Below are positions 7,943 through 16,319 of a stretch of DNA of 48,191 nucleotides, one piece after another (within the stretch, counting starts at the first letter, position 1; each line of letters opens with the position of its first letter). Position numbers and translations under genes: made by a program. Source of the DNA: Actinomycetota bacterium (GTDB lineage Bacteria; Actinomycetota; UBA4738; HRBIN12); assembly GCA_046728055.1 (NCBI GenBank), contig JBKPDU010000020.1, positions 1 to 48,191 on the forward strand. Direction: 5' to 3'. The notes beneath the pieces were generated by a model. It saw only the letters and a list, made by a program, of their open reading frames with translations. It was not told where the DNA came from and did no database searches.

Positions 7943-10114
7943 CTATGAGGCCTCGTTGACGGCGAACGCTCGAGGCCCCGGGACCGACTCGAGTGGGAGC
8001 GTGGCGACGACCGTGGTTCCCCGTCCAGGCGTGGAATGCACCATGAACGTCCCGTTGGCCAGCTCGACGCGCTCGCGCATGGAGGCCAGGCCGACCCGGC
8101 CCATGCGAAGGAACTCACGGGCCTTGGCCGCATCGAAGCCCACGCCGTCATCGGTGATCTCGATCCGGAGCTGACCGGCGACGGCGTCGACCGCGACCCC
8201 GATCCGCGCGGCCTCGGCGTGCTTGCCCGCATTCGACAGTGCCTCCTGCACCACGCGGTAGGCCAGTGTCTCGAGGTCCTGTGGAACCTCGACGACCCCC
8301 TGGGCGGCGAAATCCGCGTCGAGCTTGTTCTCCCGGCCGAACTTTTCCACCGTCTCCCGGAGCGCGGGCACCAGGCCACGCTCCTCCAGCAGTGGGGGGC
8401 GAAGGCCGGCCATCAGCCGACGCAGGTTGTCTGCCTCCTCGGCAAGCTCCTGGCGGACCTTGGTCAGGACCTCGACCCCCTCTCCATCCTCGCCCGCCTT
8501 CAACATCAGGAGCACGGCCTCGAGCGAGAGCGACGCGGCCGAGACCCCCTGCACCGGCCCGTCGTGGAGGTCGCGGGCGATGCGGTTGCGCTCGCTCTCG
8601 ATGGCCGCGTTGGTCCTGCGCATGATCCGGGTCCGGTCCTCGTCGCGGTCCTGGAGGAACTTGAACAGTGAGCGGATGGTCTGGTCGGCGACGCGCTGGG
8701 CGGTGACGTCACGGACGAGCAGCAGCCGCCTCGGCGGGGAGCCGGGGATCTCCGAGGTGCGGGCCTCGAGATGGGTGGCATTCCCCTCCTGGAGGAGCTT
8801 CCCCTGGCCGGTCGTGGGGAGGGTGGTGAAGGACTCGTCGGCTCCGATCGCGGCTGCGAGGGCCACCCAGGGCTGACCCTCGACCATGCTGTGGGGCAGG
8901 TCCAGCATGCTGCAGAAGGCCTCGTTGGCCCGAACGATGACGTCCCTGTGGTCCAGCTCCACGATGCCGTCGACGGCAGCCTCGAACACCAGCCGCAGGC
9001 GCTCCTCCGATTCTCGAAGCGTCTCGTTGGCCCGCTGGAGGCGCGCCAGGGCCTTGTCGGTCTCCCGCAACGCCGCCTCCTTGGCCTCGAGGGCGTCCTG
9101 GGCTTCGCGGGTCGCCTGGGTGCTCCGAAGCTGGTTCACCAGGATCCGAAGCGCCACGGCCACGCCGAGTAGGTAGATCAGCCCGGAGGCCTGGACCGCA
9201 TCGATGTCCGAGTTCGTCTCCATGGCCGCGACCAGTCCAAGTGCGGCGCACGCCGACGCCACGGCCACCGTGGTCAGCAGGGCCCGCCCGACTCGAGAGG
9301 GTCGAGCGAGCTTGAGATCGCCGATCCGCCGAGGGGCCGCGGTGACCGCGAACGCCAGACCCAGCGCTCCGAGTGCGAGGGGGAGGTCCACCCCGGACCT
9401 TCCCGGCGTGTAGGTCCCCCTGACCCACTGCTCGGCGAAGACCACGGCGCCGGCCGAGAAGGCGGCGATCGTGAAGAACTGCCCGGCATGGATCAGCGAC
9501 GGGACCCACAGGAGCAGTGCGCCGTACGCCGTGAGTGCAGTCGCCACCATCATCGCGAACACGGCAGTCGACAGGGACTGAATCGTCGACGCCGACTCGG
9601 GACGAAGCGCGAGGTACAGGATGACCGCGATGGAGGCGGCACCGAGCGCCACGTCCGCCGCGATCTGGCCACGGAGCTCCCTGTGGAAGTGCTGGCGGTA
9701 CTCGATCTCGACGGGGATGAAGAAGATGGCCCCGATGAGCAGGAAGAGGGAGTCGTAGGGGCTCGGCGAGTACTCGATCCCACTACGGAGGTCGTTGAGC
9801 ATGAACAGGATGGCCACGACGGCCATGGCCAGGATCCCGAACGCGAGGAACGGGAGGCTCCGGAGCAGGCCCGCGGATCGAACCCGCCACAGGATGACGC
9901 CGGCCGACAGCACACATGCCGCTGCGAGGATCGCGTCGTGGAGGCCGTCGACGTCGACCAGGCCGGCGCCACCAACGAGGTGCGTGGTCACCACGCCGGC
10001 CATGGCGGCGCCGAGGACGCCAAGGACGAACCAAGTCGAACGGCGGCGGGCCGCTTCGGTCGACATCAGCTCTCTATGTTGCCTCGGTGAAAGGCTGGAC
10101 TCCATCACCCGCAT
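7943..10114 (-). CDS. Multi-TM sensor histidine kinase (PAS, HisKA_3, HATPase_c)
   Basis: About 330 aa of repeated hydrophobic helices, then a coiled-coil 'EAKEAALRETDKALARLQRANETLRESEERL' and a PAS-like segment. H-box 'RIARDLHDGPVQ' and ATPase boxes 'EITDDGVGFD' and 'GLASMRERV'. Confidence 0.87.
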   Translation of the reverse strand: MRVMESSLSPRQHRELMSTEAARRRSTWFVLGVLGAAMAGVVTTHLVGGAGLVDVDGLHDAILAAACVLSAGVILWRVRSAGLLRSLPFLAFGILAMAVVAILFMLNDLRSGIEYSPSPYDSLFLLIGAIFFIPVEIEYRQHFHRELRGQIAADVALGAASIAVILYLALRPESASTIQSLSTAVFAMMVATALTAYGALLLWVPSLIHAGQFFTIAAFSAGAVVFAEQWVRGTYTPGRSGVDLPLALGALGLAFAVTAAPRRIGDLKLARPSRVGRALLTTVAVASACAALGLVAAMETNSDIDAVQASGLIYLLGVAVALRILVNQLRSTQATREAQDALEAKEAALRETDKALARLQRANETLRESEERLRLVFEAAVDGIVELDHRDVIVRANEAFCSMLDLPHSMVEGQPWVALAAAIGADESFTTLPTTGQGKLLQEGNATHLEARTSEIPGSPPRRLLLVRDVTAQRVADQTIRSLFKFLQDRDEDRTRIMRRTNAAIESERNRIARDLHDGPVQGVSAASLSLEAVLLMLKAGEDGEGVEVLTKVRQELAEEADNLRRLMAGLRPPLLEERGLVPALRETVEKFGRENKLDADFAAQGVVEVPQDLETLAYRVVQEALSNAGKHAEAARIGVAVDAVAGQLRIEITDDGVGFDAAKAREFLRMGRVGLASMRERVELANGTFMVHSTPGRGTTVVATLPLESVPGPRAFAVNEAS

Positions 10115-10181
10115 GGTGGCTCAACCAGGGGGAGGCAGCCTAGGCCGGTTGGAGGACGGCTCGTGCTGTCCCCCGAACGAG

Positions 10182-10823
10182 CTACTCGATCAGGCGCCTG
10201 CGGAGGGCCTCGGCCACCGCGGCCGTGCGGTCGGACGCTCCGAGCTTCTCGAAGATGTGCTCGAGGTGGGTCTTCACCGTGTCCGGCGAGATGTACAGCC
10301 GCTCGGCGATATCTCGGTTGGTGTGCCCGAATGCCAGCAGCTGAAGCACCTCGATCTCCCGGGCCGTGAGCGTTTCGGCCTTGCGGTCGCGCTCCTTGGC
10401 CTGTGACAGCTCCTCCGCCAGGGCCACCACGAGCTGGGGGTCGATGACCATGTTGCCCCCGGCGACCAGGCGGACGGTCTGGATGAGATGCTCGGCGTCG
10501 CGGGCCTTCAGAACGTAGCCCCGCGCTCCCGAGCGAACCGCCTCCACCACGAACTGTCGGTCATCGTAGGCGGTCAGCATGATCACGCCGACCTTGGGGA
10601 AGCGGTCCCGGATCAGCCTGGCCGCTTCCAGGCCATCCATCTCCGGCATCCGGATGTCGACCAGAGCGATGTCGGGCTTCTGCTTCTCCACGAGGTCCAG
10701 GAGCTCCTGGCCGTTGGAGGCCTCACCCACGACCTCGATGCCGTCGGCCATGTCCAGGTACCGGCGAAGCCCCTGCCGGACCAGCGAGTGGTCGTCCGCG
10801 ATGCCTACCCGTATGGTCGTCAC
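10182..10823 (-). CDS. NarL/LuxR-family response regulator
   Basis: Receiver 'IRVGIADDH...DIALVDIRMPEMDG' plus LuxR HTH 'LTAREIEVLQLLAFGHTNRDIAERLYISPDTVKTHLEHIF'. The GTG at 10823 is preceded by AGGGAG; an alternative ATG at 10865 is the listed ORF start. Confidence 0.88.
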   Translation of the reverse strand: MTTIRVGIADDHSLVRQGLRRYLDMADGIEVVGEASNGQELLDLVEKQKPDIALVDIRMPEMDGLEAARLIRDRFPKVGVIMLTAYDDRQFVVEAVRSGARGYVLKARDAEHLIQTVRLVAGGNMVIDPQLVVALAEELSQAKERDRKAETLTAREIEVLQLLAFGHTNRDIAERLYISPDTVKTHLEHIFEKLGASDRTAAVAEALRRRLIE

Positions 10824-10887
10824 CCGAGGCTCCCTCTGCCGCCCTCGTCCGACTCCTTGGCCCATCCTATATGTCGGCTTGGCCCCC

Positions 10888-12045
10888 CTAGAAGATGTAG
10901 TACCAGTTCACGAACAGCACCACGAGGAGCCCGAGGCCGGCGGCCCCCACGGCGGCCACGACCGTCTGGGGGATGCGCCATCGCTCGGTCAACTCCGCCA
11001 GGGCCCAGAACGCCGGGAACAGGGGAAGGACGAATCGGGGCATCGACATCAGCGGGCGGTCGGCGAAGATGAACGAGAGGGGGATCAGCAGCCCGCCCCA
11101 TAGGTACACCGAGTACGCCGGCCGGTACCGGAACAGGGTGAAGACGGATGCGCCGACCACCGGCACGACGATCAGCCAATCGATCATCCAGTAGCCGCGG
11201 TTCGTGTTCCCGATGTACTGGAACGCGTCCCGGGTGCCGTCGATGAGCGTGGCCCACGGCCAAGAGAACTGCCGCTGCCAGTTGACCTGCTGGTTCAGGG
11301 GGGCCAGCAAGTCACCGATCTTCGCCGCCCAATACCAGAGGTAGGCGAGCGTGCCCAGTCCCACGGCCACGGCCGCTCCGATGCCCGGCAGGGCCGAGCC
11401 GCGACCCTCGGCCCGCTGGTGGAAGGCCTCCACGAGCAGGGCCGGCGCCAGCACGACGCCGATGTTCCTGGTCAGGGCAGCCAGGGCTCCGGCGGCACCG
11501 GCGGCCGCCCATCTTCGGGATCTCGCTGCCCAGAAGGTCGTCACCGCGAGCAGCAGGAACAAGGACTCGCTGTAGGGAGCGAAGAAGAAGAAGGAGCTGG
11601 GGAACAGTGCGACGAGCAGGATGGTCCGTCGGGCCGTCTCGATCGAGTGCTCCGACGCTGTGAGCACGTAGAGCACACACAGCCCGGTGGCGATCGAGGC
11701 GTTCGATACCACGAGCGCAGCGGCGAACGGATGGCCCCCCATGACCCATGACACCCCTCGGATCGCCAGCGGGTAGAAGGGGAAGAAGGCGGCGCTCCCG
11801 TCACCGGTGCGGTACCCGCCCGAAGCGATGCGCAGGAACCACAACGCGTCGAACCGTTCGAAGCTGGTGAACGCGTTCTGCCATCCGGGGTCGGGAAATG
11901 GGTGCGCCGGCCAGCCCGGGACCGAGACCGGCTCGCGTGGAGGGAACAGCTCGACCGAAACGAGACCCAGGATCAGCAGCCCCACTCGCACCGCGAGGAA
12001 GACCGTCAGGCTGTAACGGATCCCGTCCCGGAGCTCGGGCCTCAC
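10888..12045 (-). CDS. Polytopic membrane mannosyltransferase-like protein (PIG-V / Mannosyl_trans2-like)
   Basis: C-terminal 386 aa of listed ORF 10888..13212: 'FDALWFLRIASGGY' ... 'FFPFYPLAIR', with many TM helices. The GTG at 12045 forms a GTGA overlap with the stop of the upstream GT87 gene. The rest of the listed ORF is out-of-frame read-through. Confidence 0.68.
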   Translation of the reverse strand: MRPELRDGIRYSLTVFLAVRVGLLILGLVSVELFPPREPVSVPGWPAHPFPDPGWQNAFTSFERFDALWFLRIASGGYRTGDGSAAFFPFYPLAIRGVSWVMGGHPFAAALVVSNASIATGLCVLYVLTASEHSIETARRTILLVALFPSSFFFFAPYSESLFLLLAVTTFWAARSRRWAAAGAAGALAALTRNIGVVLAPALLVEAFHQRAEGRGSALPGIGAAVAVGLGTLAYLWYWAAKIGDLLAPLNQQVNWQRQFSWPWATLIDGTRDAFQYIGNTNRGYWMIDWLIVVPVVGASVFTLFRYRPAYSVYLWGGLLIPLSFIFADRPLMSMPRFVLPLFPAFWALAELTERWRIPQTVVAAVGAAGLGLLVVLFVNWYYIF

Positions 12046-13256
12046 GCGGGGACGTCCGCCAGCGCGGGGGCGTACGGGCGGAGGTCCGCCGATTCGGGCC
12101 GGTGAACCCACGCGGCCAGGCACCAGACCAGGATGACTGCTCGGACCAGGACGGCAACCTCGAATGCGCCGATTGGGAGCCCGCCCATGCCCGTGTACCG
12201 GCCGAACCACGAGAACCGGGTCAGGAACACCGCCACGTCGGCCATCTCGAATGCGGCGAACAGGCGAAGGTTGGGCAGGGCCAGGGCGAACCACGGGAGC
12301 AGCCACAGCCCGTACTGAGGCGAATACACCTTGTTCGTCAGCAAGAAGGTCACGAGGAGGGCGAACCCGAACGTCCAGCGCGGGAAGTCCGGCGCGATCC
12401 TGCGACGGAACCGATACACCAGGATCGAAGCGCCCGCGAACAAGATGAGCGAGCAGATGTTGATGAGGAGCGTGTGGCCGCAGTACAGCCTGCCGGTGAG
12501 GCGGTGGCAGGCGATGAACCACAGGCTGTCCCAGTCGGCCGGGCGGCCACGATTGAAGGAGAAGAACTCCCACCAGTTCCTGGGGGCGGCCAGCGCGAAC
12601 GGCAGATTCACCGCCAGCCATGCGCCGGCGCCGCTCCATGCCAGATGGATGCCGCGGTCCGGCTCCCGCTCTCGGAACCGTTCCAAGACGAACGGCACGA
12701 GCAGGAGCGCGGGATAGAGCTTGGCCGCGGCTCCCAGCCCGAGCAGCGCGCCGGCCCAGACGTCGCGGCGGTTCAGGAAGGCGAGCGTGCCCCCCGTCGC
12801 GAGCGCCACCGCCACCAGGTCCCAGTTCATGAACCCGTAGATGAGGAGCGTCGGGGCGATCGCAAAGTAGAGGGCCCGGGGACCCACCAGGAGGTACAGA
12901 CACACGACCACGACGAACGCGGCGATCGAGAGCAACAGGACATTGGCGTAGAAGAACCCCGCGTACCCAACCGATATCCAGGCGGCCACGCGCATGGCGT
13001 ACATGGAGAGCACGGGATATTCGTCGCATTGCCCTCCGCCCGGGGCGCAGGCGTCCAGGTAGGGCAGTCGGCCTCCGGTGAGCTGCTCGGTGCCGTACAG
13101 GGCCACGATGTCCGAATAGCAGTACGAGCGGTACTGGCGGCCGTCGTCCCAGTCGCCCGCAGCACACGGAGCCTTCTGGGCGATCCCAACCGCGAGCGTG
13201 ACGGCGAGGCATGCCATGACCAGCCCAAGTCCGATCTGCCTGGCGGGCTGCGTCAC
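12042..13256 (-). CDS. GT87 (DUF2029) family polyprenol-phosphate-mannose-dependent glycosyltransferase
   Basis: 404-aa polytopic protein: 'DEYPVLSMYAMRV', 'AKLYPALLLVPF', 'NKVYSPQYGLWLLPW'. The neighbourhood resembles the membrane protein next to ponA1 in mycobacteria (recalled). Confidence 0.75.
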   Translation of the reverse strand: MTQPARQIGLGLVMACLAVTLAVGIAQKAPCAAGDWDDGRQYRSYCYSDIVALYGTEQLTGGRLPYLDACAPGGGQCDEYPVLSMYAMRVAAWISVGYAGFFYANVLLLSIAAFVVVVCLYLLVGPRALYFAIAPTLLIYGFMNWDLVAVALATGGTLAFLNRRDVWAGALLGLGAAAKLYPALLLVPFVLERFREREPDRGIHLAWSGAGAWLAVNLPFALAAPRNWWEFFSFNRGRPADWDSLWFIACHRLTGRLYCGHTLLINICSLILFAGASILVYRFRRRIAPDFPRWTFGFALLVTFLLTNKVYSPQYGLWLLPWFALALPNLRLFAAFEMADVAVFLTRFSWFGRYTGMGGLPIGAFEVAVLVRAVILVWCLAAWVHRPESADLRPYAPALADVPA

Positions 13257-13342
13257 GGGGCGGATTATCCCGCCAGGCTCGGCCCAGAGGCGAAGCCCGA
13301 CCAGCGAATTGGTTCAGAGCAGAGAGCCGATCGCGGGGCCGA

Positions 13343-14020
13343 CTACAGCGAGATCCAGCCGTTCTTCACGGCGAAGGCCACGGCCTCCAGCTTGGAGTGC
13401 ACCCCGAGCTTGGACAGCAGGTTCCGGACGTGGGTCTGGACGGTCTGGGGGCTGATGAAGAGCTTGTTGGCGATGCCCTCGTTCCGCATCCCCTCGGCAA
13501 GGAGTTGGAGAATCTCCCGTTCCCGCTCGGTGAGCTCCTCGAGGAGCGCTTGGGCATCGCGGCGCGCCGCGCGCTCCTTCGACACCTGCTGCAGGAGCCG
13601 GGTCAGGGTCAGGGGGTCGATCAACACCTCGCCCTCGGCGGCGGCCTTGGCCGCCGAGAGGACCTCCGCGGCGGCCTCGTCCTTGCCCAGGAACCCCGAG
13701 GCCCCCGCCTCGACCGCCTCCACAAGGAGCCGGTCCTCGTCGTGGGCCGTCATGATCACGACCTTCGTCGCCGGCGAGACCTCCTTGATCCGGCGGGTGG
13801 CCTGGATTCCGTCCATGTGACCCTTGAACACGATGTCCATCAGCACGACATCGGGCAGATGCTCGCGGCACAGCTCGATGGCTTCCTCGGGCACGTGGAC
13901 CGGGGGTGCGACCAAACGGAGGGATCCGTCCCGCTCCACAACCATTGCCAGGGCGTCGGTGAGGATCTTGTGGTCGTCGCAGATGAGCAGGGTGGTCGGC
14001 CCGCCGGAATCGCTCGACAC
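13343..14020 (-). CDS. NarL/LuxR-family response regulator
   Basis: Receiver 'LLICDDHKIL...DVVLMDIVFKGHMDG' plus HTH 'LTEREREILQLLAEGMRNEGIANKLFISPQTVQTHVRNLLSKLG'. The GTG at 14020 is just downstream of the kinase stop (14026..14028). The listed ORF extends to 14431 as read-through. Confidence 0.88.
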   Translation of the reverse strand: MSSDSGGPTTLLICDDHKILTDALAMVVERDGSLRLVAPPVHVPEEAIELCREHLPDVVLMDIVFKGHMDGIQATRRIKEVSPATKVVIMTAHDEDRLLVEAVEAGASGFLGKDEAAAEVLSAAKAAAEGEVLIDPLTLTRLLQQVSKERAARRDAQALLEELTEREREILQLLAEGMRNEGIANKLFISPQTVQTHVRNLLSKLGVHSKLEAVAFAVKNGWISL

Positions 14021-14025
14021 GACCG

Positions 14026-14820
14026 TCAGCCTCCTGGAAGCGTGACCCTGAGCACGGTTCCCGTGTCCCTCCCGTCCTCGATATCGATGCGCCCGGCCAT
14101 GGCCTTGAGATGGGCCCCGCAGATGAACAGTCCGAGTCCGGCGCCCGGGGTCTGCTCGTACCCGGGGGGCCGCCACTCGCTGAACACTTCGAACAGGCCC
14201 TCTCGGATCTCGGCGGGGATTCCCGGGCCCCGGTCGACCACCTCCACGACGGCGTTCCGGTCCGGCGACCGATAGGCGCGGACCTCGATGGGGGCGTCGG
14301 GTGGTGAGAACTTCGATGCGTTGTCGAGTAGGTGTCCGATGACCTCCGACATGCGAGTCCGGTCGATCGCCGCGGTGAGTCCGTTCTCCACCTCCACCAC
14401 CATGGCGTGCTGTCCGCTCGGCGTGCGCCACGCGACCTCCTGGACCAGGGCGGCCAGATCTTCGTCTTGCACCTGGTAGCTGAGCTGGCCGACCTCGATC
14501 CGAAGGGTGGTGGAGATCTCGTCGGCGATGAGCTTGAGCCGGTTGGCCTCCTCGTCGATCAGCCGGAAGAACTCCAGTCGCTCCTCGTCATTCATCGCCT
14601 CGTACAGGCGCATGCCGGAGGACGCGAGACCCTTCACCGACATGATGGGGTTCTTGAGCTCGTGGCCGATCTTCGAGGTCATATCGGCCAAGCGCGTCGC
14701 ATCCTTGGCCGGGCCCGTCCTCGAGCCTGCGTGGGCTCGGCCCCACACGAAGGCGGCGATCGCGGAGGCGGTGAGGGCAGCCCCCACCCCGAGCAGGAAG
14801 GCACCGGTTGTGTCGCTCAC
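14026..14820 (-). CDS. Small single-TM histidine kinase (HisKA plus HATPase_c, no obvious sensor domain)
   Basis: One N-terminal TM 'AFLLGVGAALTASAIAAFVWG'. H-box 'SKIGHELKNPIMSV'. 'NASKFSP', 'VVDRGPGIP' and 'GAGLGLFIC' boxes. Confidence 0.85.
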   Translation of the reverse strand: MSDTTGAFLLGVGAALTASAIAAFVWGRAHAGSRTGPAKDATRLADMTSKIGHELKNPIMSVKGLASSGMRLYEAMNDEERLEFFRLIDEEANRLKLIADEISTTLRIEVGQLSYQVQDEDLAALVQEVAWRTPSGQHAMVVEVENGLTAAIDRTRMSEVIGHLLDNASKFSPPDAPIEVRAYRSPDRNAVVEVVDRGPGIPAEIREGLFEVFSEWRPPGYEQTPGAGLGLFICGAHLKAMAGRIDIEDGRDTGTVLRVTLPGG

Positions 14821-14895
14821 CGAGGCGGAGTGTAGGGCCTCCCGCCTGCTCGGCCCGGGAGGCCGCGCAGACCGCGGACGTCCGACCCGGCGCGG

Positions 14896-15687
14896 CTACT
14901 CGTAGGAGTGTTCGACGTCGGGGAAAGAACCCGCTTGGACGTCGCGGGCGAAGGCGTTCGCGGCTTCCGCGATCTCCTCCCGCAGGTTCGCGTACGCCTT
15001 GGCGAACTTGGGCGGCTTGCCCTCCGACAGTCCCAGCAGGTCGGTGATCACCAGGACCTGCGCGTCGCACCCGGGCCCAGCCCCGATCCCGATGGTTGGG
15101 ATGTGCAGGTGCTCGGTGACCCGCCGTCCGAGCTCCGCCGGCATGCCTTCCAGGACGATCGAGAATGCGCCGGCCTTCTCGAGGCCTGTCGCCTGCTCGA
15201 GGATCCGCGTCGCGGCCTCCTCGCCGCGACCCTGGACCCGATACCCGCCCATCCCATGGACCGATTGCGGGGTCAGGCCGACGTGCGCCATCACGGGCAC
15301 ACCGAGTTCAACCAAACGGTGGGTCAGCTCGAGCTGGGGGCCTTCGACCTTCACGGCGTGGGCCCCGCCTTCCTTCAGGAACCGGCCGGCGTTTCGGACT
15401 CCCTCCTCCACGGAGACCTGGTAGGAGAGGAACGGCATGTCCGCCACGACCATCGAGCTCCGCGCCCCGCGAGTCACCGCGCGGACATGATGAAGCATCT
15501 CCTCCATGGTCACGGGCAGAGTGTTCTCATAGCCCAGCACGTTCTGGGCAAGTGAATCGCCCACCAGGAGCACGGGGATACCTGCCTGGTTGAGGATCCG
15601 GGCAGTTGGGAAGTCGTAGGCAGTGAGCATGGCCCATCGCCTGCCCTCCGCCTTCCATCCACGCAGGTCATGGACGGTCACGCTCAT
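14896..15687 (-). CDS. panB: 3-methyl-2-oxobutanoate hydroxymethyltransferase
   Basis: 'MLTAYDFPTARILNQAGIPVLLVGDSLAQNVLGYENTLPVTMEEMLHH', 'VVADMPFLSY', 'VKVEG', 'IGIGAG'. The ATG at 15687 is preceded by GGAGG 8 nt upstream; the listed ORF starts at 15753. Confidence 0.94.
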   Translation of the reverse strand: MSVTVHDLRGWKAEGRRWAMLTAYDFPTARILNQAGIPVLLVGDSLAQNVLGYENTLPVTMEEMLHHVRAVTRGARSSMVVADMPFLSYQVSVEEGVRNAGRFLKEGGAHAVKVEGPQLELTHRLVELGVPVMAHVGLTPQSVHGMGGYRVQGRGEEAATRILEQATGLEKAGAFSIVLEGMPAELGRRVTEHLHIPTIGIGAGPGCDAQVLVITDLLGLSEGKPPKFAKAYANLREEIAEAANAFARDVQAGSFPDVEHSYE

Positions 15688-15810
15688 CGCTCGCGCCTCC
15701 TTCGGCTTTGAGTGCACGGCTCCGAGGAGTGTAACGCCCGGCGGTTGGGCCACCTTCCAGCCGGAACCGATGGGCTGTCGGTGGCCGGTGCTAGGGTCGC
15801 CACGGTGGAG

Positions 15811-15858
15811 CGGTCGGGAGAAGGGTCGGAGAAGGGTCGGGAGACGGGGTCAGGAGAC
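15811..15858. repeat. Imperfect tandem array, four copies of an 11-13-nt unit (consensus GGGTCGGGAGAA), in the panB/rpsF divergent spacer
   Basis: cggtcgggagaa / gggtcggagaa / gggtcgggagac / ggggtcaggagac, read directly from 15811..15858. Confidence 0.7.
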
Positions 15859-15935
15859 CAGAGTGGCCAAGGATGGCCCGGTCGACCCGACAGACGAACC
15901 GGTAGACTCTGGACGCCAACCACGTCCTGCTCCCG

Positions 15936-16256
15936 GTGGGGGCCGTCCAGACCAGAGGAGGTGGGGACCTGAGGTCCTACGAATTGATGTTCATCGTGCC
16001 TCCCGAGGCCGACGAATCGGTCATCGGCGGGGTCATCGATCGGATCACCGCGATCGTTTCCAAAGCTGGGGGCGAAGTGGGCAAGGTCGATCGATGGGGA
16101 CGGCGTCGGTTGGCGTATGAGATCGCCCGACACGGCGAGGGCCTTTATGTCGTCGTGATGTTCACGGCGGAGCCGTCGGTGATCGTCGAGCTCGAGCGGA
16201 GCCTGCACCTCGCCGACGAGGTGTTGCGGTTCAAGGTGGTCCACAGGGCAGCCTAG
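15936..16256 (+). CDS. rpsF: 30S ribosomal protein S6
   Basis: 'RSYELMFIVPPEADES...GEVGKVDRWGRRRLAYEI...GLYVVVMF'. The 5' end is uncertain: GTG at 15936 is the ORF start, but the canonical S6 N-terminus aligns with the CTG at 15969, which lies 8 nt after AGGAGG. Confidence 0.9.
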   Translation: MGAVQTRGGGDLRSYELMFIVPPEADESVIGGVIDRITAIVSKAGGEVGKVDRWGRRRLAYEIARHGEGLYVVVMFTAEPSVIVELERSLHLADEVLRFKVVHRAA

Positions 16257-16319
16257 GTGAACTTCCCCCTCCCCAACGGCCATCTGCTGGGGAGTGGAAA
16301 TGGATAGGTGGTGATGGAG

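Noticed and set aside
16269-16294. Hairpin CTCCCCA-N12-TGGGGAG between rpsF and ssb, considered as a possible attenuator or terminator.
   Set aside because: It has a 7-bp stem with a large loop and no U-tract, and it lies inside a conserved ribosomal-protein operon. It may modulate ssb translation, but this cannot be supported from sequence alone.
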